DNA of 64,000 nt. Source: a virus. Lineage: Duplodnaviria > Caudoviricetes. Below the pieces are notes generated by a model that searched no databases, had not been told where the DNA came from, and worked only from the letters and a program-made list of their open reading frames with translations. Positions 10,342 to 20,697 of this stretch are shown here, in pieces (position 1 is the first letter of the stretch; each line of letters opens with the position of its first letter). Location: the IMG/VR virus record IMGVR_UViG_3300029305_005724, positions 96,001 to 160,000 of that record, one strand, 5' to 3'. Made by a program: the position numbers and the translations under genes.

Positions 10342-12975
10342 TTATTTAGGAATACAATAATTATCAGCAGAAATTCCTGATAAAACTGTTGTAGAAAGCT
10401 TTTGAAAATCATTATAGCCATCTGGTGTTACAGTAATGATAGCAATATTGTCATTAGCAGATGCATCAATATTGATTGGTTCTTTGCTAAGAGTCAGATG
10501 AGGAGTTTTTTCAGAAGATTCTGATTTATCACTCTTTTTCATATTGTCCAACTTAATATCACTATTCATTTCAATATCATCAACTATTTTAGCTGCAATA
10601 GCTCTAGAGCTATCTACATTCTTTTTATCGAAATTATAATTATCAGTATCTTTGTCATCAGTTAGAGTATCTTTTTCAAATTCATCAACAACAGTTTCAT
10701 CTGCTGACATAAGTTTTCTGAGATTCGTTTTAAATCTAGAAAGATTCTTAAGTTCAAATGTGCTGAAATCAACTTTAAAATATCCTCTTGTACCGACAAA
10801 GATAATGTCTTTACCTCCCCATGCTTTCTTAAGAGCCATAGGATTGGTACGAATAAGACGGAAAATACTAGAAATCGGATTTAGATTTTTCCTAAAGTCT
10901 GTTACTTCAGTATTGGGCTGAGTAGGCCATACATCTGCATCAACAGGAATAAATATAGTTTTCTTTTTGTATTGACTATCAATTTCTTTATTATTCAGCA
11001 ACCTATTAAGGAAATCAAAATAATAATTAACAGCCCTATCAAGCTTATATACATTCTTTTGTAAAAATAGTGCATGATAATATGAAAGATCTACAAAAAT
11101 ATTGTATCTCTTATACATATCAAGTTTAATATACATTCTACGGATTTCAGGGTTAAGAGTTTTGATTTGTTCATAAACCTGGAGAGTTCCTCTATTATTC
11201 TTAATACGTTCTTTGTATAAATATTTCTTAAGAGTCTGAGAATATTTATCCCCTTCTGCTTCAGAAATAAAAGCCATATCAGAAGTTACAAAAGAACTTT
11301 CTGTCATAGCAAATTCTTCATAATCAGGAGTAGGTTTCATATAATCAGGAATCTGTCTCCACATATCATTTTTAAGAACTACTGGAAGTATCAAAATATC
11401 CCTACCGTATTTATCTTCTTTATTCGTTTCCATAAATCCATTTTTCAAAGCAAGAGACTTTGAAGCGGGATTATCTTTGTGCACTGTCCAATAATAGGTA
11501 GTAAAATGATGATCTTTATGAAGATCATAGGAAAGCATTTCTTTTACCATTGAATCTGCAATGCCTTGACCTCTAAAATCGCTATGAACTGCAATGACAA
11601 TCTGAGCAAGATGAGGCTTAGAAGGGAAATGATAAACATCAAGAAATCCTGCAGCCTTAGGTCCTACGTATTTAATAATACGCTTAATAATAAATTTAGA
11701 ATCCCTATATGTATCATAAAAACTAATACGAGAGAATTCTTCTTTATTTAAACTATTGCAAACGGCAAGTACATCGGCATAATCACTAGGAATGAAAGAT
11801 TCTGTAATAGATTCTTCCTTTTTCTCTTCTTCCTTTTTATAGTATTTCTTAAATCTATTTGCTGCACTAACTTTAACATCTTTGATTTCGAACTTCTTAA
11901 TTTTGCGAATAATATTTTCAGCAAGTTCTTCTTCATCATCAGGATCGCAGTTATTAAACATACGAATTGCAGCTCTAACATGATCCTCATCGTTAAGAGG
12001 ATATTTTCTTTTATTAGGTATGCCAAATTCAGAAGGTAATAATCTTTGGCGTTCCATATAAGAGAGCTCTCCCTCAAAGAGCATAGCTCTTAAACCACCA
12101 AGAGAGGATTTAAGAATAAAATCTCTAAATACCCCAACATCAGCAGTTTCTATATATTTTCTAATGGCCCTATTACCCTTTGTATCAAGCATTCTGATTA
12201 TAGCTCTAATGAATTGATCATCAAATTCAATAGGTGTATTAGAGTATTTATATTTAGTCGTAATAATTTTATTAGACCCTATAAGTGCATATACAACTTT
12301 TCGTGTTACAAAATAATCCAAGTCAGGATTAATCTGCATAAATACATTGGTTAGTATTTCGGCAAGTACATATATAGCATATGGAAGTTTTGTATCTTTT
12401 TCATTATATACATTATAGCTTAGCAAATGCGAATATTCTCCACTACTAAATGAATATAATTTATCTTTATAAAGTTTTGTCAATTTTGTAGGAGCAGCAT
12501 TTTCAAGAGCCGATTGCGTTGGATAAACCTCAATGAATATATTTTCAGGAATGAATTTAAGCTGAAGACTGGAAGAAAAGAATTCAATAACTTTGGAATT
12601 GGCAACTTCCTCGATACGCTTTCTATTCATTAACGTAATATCTTCATTAAACTTTATCTTTGTTTTACCAGACCATGCTCTTTGTAATGCTTCAGATACA
12701 ACTTCTTCCTCTTGCTCATCAAAATCAAGATCTTCTTCTGGCATATTATCTATATATGCCATGATATTTCTATCCATATAATATGATACGAATAGGTTAG
12801 GGTTTTGAATATAAGGCAGCTTCATGAGTCTGCTTGAAATTTCCATGCTAGGTGTTAATAGCAGAATAGATGCATTTTTGCGTCTATCTTTTTCATCCAC
12901 AGGAGCATAGACTTTTTTACTAGCCGAGTATAGAAATAACGGCTTGAGTTCGTCCATCATTCTCATATATTTCAC
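10342..12975 (-). CDS. multidomain protein with central GNAT acetyltransferase domain, probably virion-associated
   Basis: IAVHSDFRGQGIA (acetyl-CoA motif A) and DNPASKSLALKNGF; upstream RKYPLxDxxHVRAAIRMF module; AACT-N6-TA promoter at 12991-13002. Confidence 0.75.
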   Translation of the reverse strand: MKYMRMMDELKPLFLYSASKKVYAPVDEKDRRKNASILLLTPSMEISSRLMKLPYIQNPNLFVSYYMDRNIMAYIDNMPEEDLDFDEQEEEVVSEALQRAWSGKTKIKFNEDITLMNRKRIEEVANSKVIEFFSSSLQLKFIPENIFIEVYPTQSALENAAPTKLTKLYKDKLYSFSSGEYSHLLSYNVYNEKDTKLPYAIYVLAEILTNVFMQINPDLDYFVTRKVVYALIGSNKIITTKYKYSNTPIEFDDQFIRAIIRMLDTKGNRAIRKYIETADVGVFRDFILKSSLGGLRAMLFEGELSYMERQRLLPSEFGIPNKRKYPLNDEDHVRAAIRMFNNCDPDDEEELAENIIRKIKKFEIKDVKVSAANRFKKYYKKEEEKKEESITESFIPSDYADVLAVCNSLNKEEFSRISFYDTYRDSKFIIKRIIKYVGPKAAGFLDVYHFPSKPHLAQIVIAVHSDFRGQGIADSMVKEMLSYDLHKDHHFTTYYWTVHKDNPASKSLALKNGFMETNKEDKYGRDILILPVVLKNDMWRQIPDYMKPTPDYEEFAMTESSFVTSDMAFISEAEGDKYSQTLKKYLYKERIKNNRGTLQVYEQIKTLNPEIRRMYIKLDMYKRYNIFVDLSYYHALFLQKNVYKLDRAVNYYFDFLNRLLNNKEIDSQYKKKTIFIPVDADVWPTQPNTEVTDFRKNLNPISSIFRLIRTNPMALKKAWGGKDIIFVGTRGYFKVDFSTFELKNLSRFKTNLRKLMSADETVVDEFEKDTLTDDKDTDNYNFDKKNVDSSRAIAAKIVDDIEMNSDIKLDNMKKSDKSESSEKTPHLTLSKEPINIDASANDNIAIITVTPDGYNDFQKLSTTVLSGISADNYCIPK

Positions 12976-13141
12976 ACTCCTTTTTCAGTTTATTAATAAG
13001 TTAGCCCTTTCCCATGTTAACCTTTACAGGAGCGATTACATTAAATTAAATATAATTAGCCGTATTTTAAGCACTTTAGGAATGTGTAGAAAAATATAAA
13101 AGCTACAATTATATAATCTATACGAAATATGGAGATAGATT

Positions 13142-13321
13142 ATGAAAAAAATAAAAGAGCAAAAACCGACAATTTCAAAAAGTAATTTTATAGAATTTTT
13201 AGCAAACTCTTCTCCAGAAGAAATAAATAAATTTATTTTGGAAAAGGGAAAACCTAGAAAGCTCATAGAACCAATGATCTTCTTTAAGCCTAAAGAAGAT
13301 CAAACTAAACTAGATATATGA
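13142..13321 (+). CDS. small hypothetical protein (59 aa, not in ORF track)
   Basis: GGAGA RBS then MKKIKEQKPTISKSNFIEFLANSSPEEINKFILEKGKPRKLIEPMIFFKPKEDQTKLDI. Confidence 0.65.
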   Translation: MKKIKEQKPTISKSNFIEFLANSSPEEINKFILEKGKPRKLIEPMIFFKPKEDQTKLDI

Positions 13322-13385
13322 TGAGACGGCTGCAGCCTAATCATATAGAAATATAAACTAAAAGTACTTTTAGGAGGAAAACAAA

Positions 13386-13937
13386 ATGGCAGAAAACAAC
13401 ACTACTACTGCTGCTGTAACTGTTAAAGAACTTCTTGGAGAAATCTCCAATGGTCTTTCGCAGGTCAGCTCGTCTAGAAAAGACGAAGTTCGTATTATGC
13501 AGGCTATGCTTAGTGATACCACTTATGAAGTAAGCGTTTACGGAAAAGATGGAATCGAAGGCACTTATAATCCTGCAAAAGATTTCCGTGGAATGTGTGC
13601 AAGCGTAATTTCTAATGCTGCAAGAGTTCCTGTTTCTGAAGCAGTTCATCTTATGGATGGATATGCTGTTCGTAAAGCTGAAGCTGCTAGCATGGTCAAT
13701 CTTTCTAAGGAATTTGTTAACACATTCCTTCAGACTGGCCGTAAGCTTCCTCTTGGTCCTCGTGAGGCATCTGATATTTCTCTTAGTCTTAAGAAGGTAG
13801 AAGCAAGTACTCGTCTCTATCCTCAGAAGATTGGCGTAAATGATGATGGATCCGACAAGTATTCCAAGACACCCACTACGGTTCCTGCTCATGATAGCAT
13901 TCGTGTGCATGCTCCTTGCCCTCCGTGGGTAAAGTAA
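13386..13937 (+). CDS. HU/IHF-like DNA-binding protein with N-terminal extension
   Basis: C-half pattern (KAEAASMV...FLQTGRKLPL...LKKVEASTRLYP...VPAHDSIRV) parallels the HU helix/beta-arm layout; high-expression codons. Confidence 0.5.
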   Translation: MAENNTTTAAVTVKELLGEISNGLSQVSSSRKDEVRIMQAMLSDTTYEVSVYGKDGIEGTYNPAKDFRGMCASVISNAARVPVSEAVHLMDGYAVRKAEAASMVNLSKEFVNTFLQTGRKLPLGPREASDISLSLKKVEASTRLYPQKIGVNDDGSDKYSKTPTTVPAHDSIRVHAPCPPWVK

Positions 13938-13963
13938 TAACAAAAAAAAATAAACAGAGCTGG

Positions 13964-14533
13964 TCAATCCAGCTCTGTTTCTTTCTTTGGTGCAGATGTC
14001 GGCTCTTTGATAAATAATGTGCTTTGTTCTTTTGGATATATCTTGAATCCACAATATTCAAAGATTGAGCACAGAAAATCCACATCGTCAGATTCTGTTT
14101 CATAAGTTATAAATGCATCATTTCTGTCATTTATTAGTCCTCCAATTAATTCTTGGAGTATGCTGATATCTACATCGGCATTATATGCAAAGAATTTAAT
14201 AGAATATACAAATGCATTATCTTGGCAATAATAAGAGAGTTCGCTAATATTAGCCTCTTTCATATTGCTTTTCATAAGTCCAACAGCAGCACATGTAGTA
14301 TGAATGCATAAGTTTGTATTTTTGCAATCTTGGCAATCTTTTACTATAAGATATAATGAATTTTTACATTTATAAAGGTCATCTCTAGTTAGATCTACTG
14401 AGTCCACTGGGCACCATACTGTATAATTAGTATCATTCTCAGAATCAACTCTCACCCCAAGAGATTTAATAATATTTAATAAATGAGGATAATAGTGAGT
14501 TTTGTAAGGATCCATTTTTATAATATTATACAT
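13964..14533 (-). CDS. hypothetical protein
   Basis: AAAGGAG RBS; AACT-N6-TA promoter at 14556-14567. Confidence 0.65.
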   Translation of the reverse strand: MYNIIKMDPYKTHYYPHLLNIIKSLGVRVDSENDTNYTVWCPVDSVDLTRDDLYKCKNSLYLIVKDCQDCKNTNLCIHTTCAAVGLMKSNMKEANISELSYYCQDNAFVYSIKFFAYNADVDISILQELIGGLINDRNDAFITYETESDDVDFLCSIFEYCGFKIYPKEQSTLFIKEPTSAPKKETELD

Positions 14534-14609
14534 AGATAATTACTCCTTTCATTTTTAATATAAAGTTGAGACATCCCTCTAGATCTTTTATTGATCTAGA
14601 GGGATAATT

Positions 14610-15431
14610 TTATTTAAATATCATTGGTCGAATAAGCTGATTGACTATATCGAATTCTACATATGCGATACGCCTTCCATCTTCAAGATTATCTATATCT
14701 CTACTAGCGGAAATAGAATATAGATCAAAGTATCCAGTATATCGATACGTATATTCACTAAATAAATTGATATTTTCTTTTAAATATTTTCCATTACTTT
14801 TGATAATTACATAATCCCGATTCACTCCGTCATTAAATACAAGCATTATATCATCGGAAAGACTATCGTCTGTAAACACTCCTAATTTATTATACAGATT
14901 AATATCACGGATTATAATATTTAAAATAACTTGCTTATAGAATTCAGCAATCGTTGCTCTTTCATAATTTCCATGATCAGGAAGATTTTTTGATTGAATA
15001 TAATTTAAAGCCACTCTATAGCCTGCAACCTTTGTAAGTTCTCTTGCATGATCGCAAACCCAGTCATAGCTGGCTCTTTCAACATCTCCTTCAACAGAAT
15101 CTCTATATGCTGTATTTTGATTATAATTTAGCATAGATATAAGCTGATCAGCATGATGGAGTTCATGTGATAATGCCCATGCCATTACACTTACAATATA
15201 AGATTCTTTGCTTATTACAGAACTCCATTCATCTCTCCATGAATCTACAATAGTTCCTATATGAAGCATTATATATTTTGGAAAACGTATATTGGCATAT
15301 GTGTTTTTAACGAAATCATACATGTCAATATATAATTCGCATCTGCTGTTCATTTTATTGATATAGCCATTCATATAATTGAAAAGCCTAATCGCTATAT
15401 CAGAATAATAGTGGTATTCTTGATTTGTCAT
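14610..15431 (-). CDS. putative zincin-type metallopeptidase
   Basis: ALSHELHH (HExxH) with downstream Glu (VEGDVE). Confidence 0.55.
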   Translation of the reverse strand: MTNQEYHYYSDIAIRLFNYMNGYINKMNSRCELYIDMYDFVKNTYANIRFPKYIMLHIGTIVDSWRDEWSSVISKESYIVSVMAWALSHELHHADQLISMLNYNQNTAYRDSVEGDVERASYDWVCDHARELTKVAGYRVALNYIQSKNLPDHGNYERATIAEFYKQVILNIIIRDINLYNKLGVFTDDSLSDDIMLVFNDGVNRDYVIIKSNGKYLKENINLFSEYTYRYTGYFDLYSISASRDIDNLEDGRRIAYVEFDIVNQLIRPMIFK

Positions 15432-15547
15432 AAATTTATCACTCTCCTTTACTTTTATATTATATCATCGAAATATAATTCATGTTATTTACAAATATAT
15501 TTAACCGTCTACAATTAAATAATTAAATATGAAAAGGAGAATTAGTT

Positions 15548-16291
15548 ATGAAATTCCCTCATAAGAAAATAATTGCTTTCGAAGGCTTAGATAATTGTTT
15601 TAAAGAAACAAATTATAAAGCTTTCATTAATAGACTAAGATATGAATACGGTTCTGAAGCCGAAATTCATATAGAATCATTTCCTAGATATGGAAATCAA
15701 AATTGTATGGCTGTTGAGAAATGGCTTGATGGCTCATATGATAGAGAAATCTGTTTAAAGAATCCAAAAGCTGTCTGTTCTTTTTATATGACAGATAGGT
15801 TTGGATACTGGTTTGAACGAGTACATGGACAAAGATCTAATGCAGAGATATTGTATAGTACAGCAGCAGGCCAGAAGAAAACTTGCTTTGTATTTGATAG
15901 ATACAATATTTCTAATGCGATATATAATCCAAGAAATGCTGGTACGCCTTCTACTTTAGACATTACATATGAAACAACTGAATGTGGAATTCCTAAAGCA
16001 GATATCGTAGTATGGATGCGTATGAGAGATTTTAATGTTCTTGAAGAACTTATTGCGAAAAAGAAAAATAAAGATAAAAATGAACTCGATCTAGATTTTC
16101 TATACAATGCATGGGTTCGTTCGGAAAACTTTTTAACAAATCATATTCTTGAAGAATGTGGAATAAAAGTAATTGTAATTGAAATTCTTGATAAAGATGG
16201 AAATATTCGTTCTAAAAAAGATCTTGCTGATGAAGTATGGAATAAGATCATGGACGAAGAATTTCAATCTGGATTAGAATTATCTTTATAA
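15548..16291 (+). CDS. tmk: thymidylate (dNMP) kinase
   Basis: IAFEGLDNCFKET P-loop variant, SFPRY, FDRY motifs; adjacent to thyX. Confidence 0.8.
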   Translation: MKFPHKKIIAFEGLDNCFKETNYKAFINRLRYEYGSEAEIHIESFPRYGNQNCMAVEKWLDGSYDREICLKNPKAVCSFYMTDRFGYWFERVHGQRSNAEILYSTAAGQKKTCFVFDRYNISNAIYNPRNAGTPSTLDITYETTECGIPKADIVVWMRMRDFNVLEELIAKKKNKDKNELDLDFLYNAWVRSENFLTNHILEECGIKVIVIEILDKDGNIRSKKDLADEVWNKIMDEEFQSGLELSL

Positions 16292-16311
16292 AATATTATG
16301 GAGGAAACAAA

Positions 16312-17712
16312 ATGAACAACAATGAAAATCCCTTTGTGGAAAAATCAACTGGTATCGTAGGGAAAATACGTACAAAATTTGGAGCTAAGAAAGTCGCAGC
16401 TCCTATCGAAAATCCGAACACTGGTATTATTAGACCATATCTTGTAGGAATGAATAATTGGGCAGATGTATGCTCTGAAGCATGTGCATGCTGCTGGGAC
16501 AAAGTCGTTCCTGAAGGATTTGAGAATGTTGCTGAGTATATAGCCAAGAGAACTAGAATTGGTCATACCTCGGTAATTGAGCATAGTAATTTTGTTCTTT
16601 ATATTTCTATTGACAAATTCTATGAAGAAGATCTTATCGAATTCCTTTCATGGAATAGATATCTTGAGACGGTAACTGCAAAGTCGGATGATGGATCTAG
16701 ATGGCATCTCCTTATTGGTGGTTCATTTAGAGGGTTCTCTGATCTTTACAGAGAGGCTGAAGATCTAAATAATCCAGTTCTTAAAGCTATTACTGGCTCT
16801 ATTTATAGATATTCCCATTCTGCATTGTTTGAAGATATTATTAAACTTGGTCTTCTTGATAAAACTATGTTTAATAATGCTGAACTTGATGAGAACTTTA
16901 ATCTTCTTACTCTTGATGGAGAAATTGTAAATGATACAGATCTTTATACTATTAAAGATATTGGTGATATTAGAAAACTTTACACAAATATCTTTAATAT
17001 TGACGAAGAGTTTGCAAAGAAGCTAACTACTTATGATCTTATCAAATTTGTGACGATTACAGTTCTATTTAAGAATATGAGTAGAACGTGTACTCATCAG
17101 CTGGTAAGACATAGAAATGCTATTACACAGGAATCTCAAAGATATGTCGATTATAGCAAGGCTTGTTTCAGCAGCCCCGAGATGTTTAAGCCAGAAAAGT
17201 ATGATGGCAATCATAAATATACAATTAGATTTGGTCCTTCTTCTCAGCTTCAGATGACACTTTCTGAAATTGGTGAGGCTACTTGTAATATTTATGAAAT
17301 GCTACGCAATCCTGTCGTTGCTGGAGCAGATTATGCATTACTAAAAGAAGACGCAAGAGCATTTTTACCTAGCAATGTGCAGTGCCGCAAAATCTATGTG
17401 ACATTTACTTATAAGAATTTCATCAAATTCCTCGATCTAAGAGAAGAACCTGCAGCTCAGGCTGAGATTCGTAAATATGCATCTGCAGTTGGAGAATTCT
17501 TCAGAACTTTGACTAAGTTCGATTCTAAAGAATTAATCAAGCTCTATACAAACCCTAGACTTCTTATTGAAGATCCTTGGAAAATAGATGCGTATGAAGG
17601 AATTGTTGAAGAAACAATTGAAATGGATGAAAAAGATATTATGAAATCTGCAGGATTTGATAAAGATGTAAATCTGGATTCTTCAGATATCCCCTCTGGT
17701 AGTGAGGTTTGA
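16312..17712 (+). CDS. thyX: flavin-dependent thymidylate synthase, extended form
   Basis: GHTSVIEH, HQLVRHR-x-QESQRY, EDARAFLP, LR...AQAEIR motifs; 466 aa with large insertion. Confidence 0.93.
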   Translation: MNNNENPFVEKSTGIVGKIRTKFGAKKVAAPIENPNTGIIRPYLVGMNNWADVCSEACACCWDKVVPEGFENVAEYIAKRTRIGHTSVIEHSNFVLYISIDKFYEEDLIEFLSWNRYLETVTAKSDDGSRWHLLIGGSFRGFSDLYREAEDLNNPVLKAITGSIYRYSHSALFEDIIKLGLLDKTMFNNAELDENFNLLTLDGEIVNDTDLYTIKDIGDIRKLYTNIFNIDEEFAKKLTTYDLIKFVTITVLFKNMSRTCTHQLVRHRNAITQESQRYVDYSKACFSSPEMFKPEKYDGNHKYTIRFGPSSQLQMTLSEIGEATCNIYEMLRNPVVAGADYALLKEDARAFLPSNVQCRKIYVTFTYKNFIKFLDLREEPAAQAEIRKYASAVGEFFRTLTKFDSKELIKLYTNPRLLIEDPWKIDAYEGIVEETIEMDEKDIMKSAGFDKDVNLDSSDIPSGSEV

Positions 17713-17798
17713 AATATATAAAGGGTAGGGATTTAAATCCCTACCCTGTTTTAATTGTGCCTATTTAGCTTAACATAGGAATAAAAGGTGGTGATTTT

Positions 17799-18521
17799 AT
17801 GCGTGATCCGAATAGTATAGTGCAGAAAGCTTATGAGCTTGAAGCACCTCCCACTATTATTAAGATGAGTGAAATTCCAGAGTATGATCTTTATGATTAT
17901 GATCTTAATGATGAAAAATCATTTAAGAAATATATGCAAGCTATTGAAAGATGTGTTAGAGGATCTTTCGAATATAAAGCAATGATTCAGTACCTAAGAG
18001 AATATATGGATATGAATCAATGTGCTTTTTATCAAAATGTCAATAATACAGATACAACTAAAGTCCATATTGAAATACATCATGAACCTCTTAGCCTTTA
18101 TGATATTTGTTTAATCGTTTATAACAAGCGTGTAGCTTTTCATGAACCATTAGATGAAGAGTATGTAGCTAAAGAGGTAATGTATTTGCATTATAACTTA
18201 ATGATTGGACTTATTCCATTAGCTGAAACTGTGCATCAATTAGTTCATGCTCAATATTTATTCGTACCAACGACAGCTGTGCTTGGAAAATATAGAGAAT
18301 TTATTGATAGATATAAAGACTATATGATTCCTGAACAGCTTGAAACTATTGAGCATATTGAGCAAGCAACTTCTGTTTATAATGGTGAGGATGCCAGAAC
18401 TCTTCTTTCGACTAATTATATTTATGTCGATATGAGTGGAGCATACGAAATGCCTAGAACAGAAGATATTATAGCTCTTGTAAAGGAAAGAATTAAGGAA
18501 TTAGTCGATAAACAAGGTTAA
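17799..18521 (+). CDS. HNH-like His-rich protein (paralog of 25771-26439)
   Basis: IEIHHEP...LIPLAETVHQLVH pattern. Confidence 0.5.
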   Translation: MRDPNSIVQKAYELEAPPTIIKMSEIPEYDLYDYDLNDEKSFKKYMQAIERCVRGSFEYKAMIQYLREYMDMNQCAFYQNVNNTDTTKVHIEIHHEPLSLYDICLIVYNKRVAFHEPLDEEYVAKEVMYLHYNLMIGLIPLAETVHQLVHAQYLFVPTTAVLGKYREFIDRYKDYMIPEQLETIEHIEQATSVYNGEDARTLLSTNYIYVDMSGAYEMPRTEDIIALVKERIKELVDKQG

Positions 18522-18659
18522 AACAACCCATATATTGCTAATTTCATCTAAATAACTTTTGTTTTAACAAAAACAAACCACAACATATAAATAAATTCCA
18601 GATATGATTGTGGAATTGATCAATTTCAATAAAATATATTTATAAGGAGGAATTCCCAA

Positions 18660-19235
18660 ATGTTGTTTAAGAATCCTAGAACGCTTCTTTCTGAAGCTGC
18701 AACTGCTGACCTTCTCAATCCTGAGGTTAGCGAGGAAGTAAAGGAAGTTATTAATGACCTCGAGGATGCATTGAGTAACAATGTTGAAGAGGTTAAGGAC
18801 GAGGATAAGACCACTAATGGTGGCATTCCCGTTGTTGCTGAGGCTGTTGCTCTCTTTGAGTCTGCTGCTAATTATGGTAGAGCTCGTTATCTCGTTACTC
18901 TTGAGGACGTTATTGCCGTTAAGGAGAATGAGGGTGAGGTTGCCGCTGCTGCAGATGCTGCTGAGGCAGGTTCGACTGAAGAGCCCACTCCCGAGGAGTG
19001 TGAGGCTAAGGAGCCCTGCGCTACTGATGTAGTTGCAGATATCGCTGCTAAGAATGGTGTTGAGCCCGAGCAGGTTGCTGTTGTAATCACTGCTGAGTCT
19101 GTTAAGTTCCTTGCAGAGACTGCTCTTCTTGAGGCTAAGTGCGGCAAGAAGAATGGTAAGGCTGCTAAGAAGCTTGCTAAGACTAAGAAGGCTGTTGATG
19201 AGCTTACCGGCAAGGTTCAGATGGTTAAGGCTTAA
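18660..19235 (+). CDS. abundant Ala/Glu-rich protein, probable internal head protein
   Basis: Strong codon bias, AACA-N6-TA promoter at 18582, LSEA/LFES/LLEA motifs. Confidence 0.55.
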   Translation: MLFKNPRTLLSEAATADLLNPEVSEEVKEVINDLEDALSNNVEEVKDEDKTTNGGIPVVAEAVALFESAANYGRARYLVTLEDVIAVKENEGEVAAAADAAEAGSTEEPTPEECEAKEPCATDVVADIAAKNGVEPEQVAVVITAESVKFLAETALLEAKCGKKNGKAAKKLAKTKKAVDELTGKVQMVKA

Positions 19236-19371
19236 TCATTATCCTATTTAAAAATTTTAATTAAATGATTGAAGAGACGTCAGAATATCTGACGTCTCTT
19301 TTTCTTTTTATAACCCGTTTTGGTTGCATATTATATGAATGAAAACAGAAAAATAAATTAATAAAATCTAA

Positions 19372-20130
19372 ATGAAAGGAGAAACCAAAATGATAATCAA
19401 TTTATTCTGTGATGCGTCTATTGAGCTAGAGAAGAAAATTGCCTGTGGAGGCACATACATCATGGCTCAAATGGATGATGGTTCTATCCAAGAAATTGGA
19501 TTCAGAAGGGCTCTTCAGCTTCATGCTACAAATAACTCTTCTGAAATTTTAGCAATATGGCTTGGCGTTGTTGAGGCTTTAAAGCTTCGAAATATATACC
19601 CAAATGCTGTATTTCGACTATTCTCTGATTCTAAAATTTCGTTATATGGATTAAGAGATTGGATGAAGTACTGGATTGCAAATATGAAAGAAGATGGAAT
19701 ACTTATCTCATCATCTGGCAAACCAGTAATGAATCAACAAAGATTCATCGATATCTACAATATTATTGTAGAAAATAATCTGCATATTGAACTGTATCAT
19801 CAAAGAGGTCATGTCGGAGAATCTGGCAAGACTAGCTTGGATCAGGCTAGAGTGCAGTTTATTAGAGCCAATAAAGTAACCCCAGAAGCATTAGGATTGA
19901 GCATAGAATTCATTAGTCAATGTAATTCGAAAGTTGATAATTTGACTAGACAAGCGGTTCGATCTTATGTTTTTCATCATTCTATTCTACCTAATACAGA
20001 AGTAGAAAGAGTTGTACCAATGGATATGGCTATCAAGGATAATATGCTGCATCAATATATTCGATGTATCAATAAGAGTTCTCTTGAAGGCCTAACCAGA
20101 CATGATTTTAAGGGAGGCTATAATCAATGA
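19372..20130 (+). CDS. rnhA: ribonuclease H (type 1)
   Basis: FCDAS, TNNSSE, FSDS, RGH, NSKVD give the D-E-D-H-D set; start may be ATG 19390. Confidence 0.88.
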   Translation: MKGETKMIINLFCDASIELEKKIACGGTYIMAQMDDGSIQEIGFRRALQLHATNNSSEILAIWLGVVEALKLRNIYPNAVFRLFSDSKISLYGLRDWMKYWIANMKEDGILISSSGKPVMNQQRFIDIYNIIVENNLHIELYHQRGHVGESGKTSLDQARVQFIRANKVTPEALGLSIEFISQCNSKVDNLTRQAVRSYVFHHSILPNTEVERVVPMDMAIKDNMLHQYIRCINKSSLEGLTRHDFKGGYNQ

Positions 20131-20642
20131 ATGTAAAACTAAATAGTACAGAAGAACCTGTATTAAACAGCTTCGATTCTAGTAGCAAACCAAAGATTTA
20201 TGGCGAAATTTATTCTGCCAATTATCGAGAAAGAATTCAAGCATCTGCTAGATTCTTAAAGAATGACCCATCAGTGGAAGGAGAAAAGAATGTAATAGAA
20301 CGAAAAAATCTTATTACAGGGGCAATCTCTTCCACAATAACAAATTTGATTGTACATGCGGTAAGGCACTCGGATCCAAGTGGAGCAAGTGATATACTTA
20401 CTCTTAATCCAATTGTAACAGAAACATTTACAAATCTCAAAAAGGTAATTTATCTCATTGTGCAAAATATTGATGCGCATCATGGGGTTGTTTACGAAAG
20501 CAATATTGATGATAAGATTGAGCTCCTTAGCATCTATATTGAAAACCTTCTCGAAATTATGAATGTTAATAAAGATGCACCTCAGATTAAGGATCTTGAT
20601 ATTTGCATTAAAACCATTCATGAAGAATTCCAAATTTTCTAA
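20127..20642 (+). CDS. hypothetical protein
   Basis: ATGA overlap with RNase H, GGAGG RBS. Confidence 0.7.
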   Translation: MNVKLNSTEEPVLNSFDSSSKPKIYGEIYSANYRERIQASARFLKNDPSVEGEKNVIERKNLITGAISSTITNLIVHAVRHSDPSGASDILTLNPIVTETFTNLKKVIYLIVQNIDAHHGVVYESNIDDKIELLSIYIENLLEIMNVNKDAPQIKDLDICIKTIHEEFQIF

Positions 20643-20697
20643 TTTAGGAGTTGATTAGATATTATATATTTGGAATAAATAGCAAAGGAGAATATTT

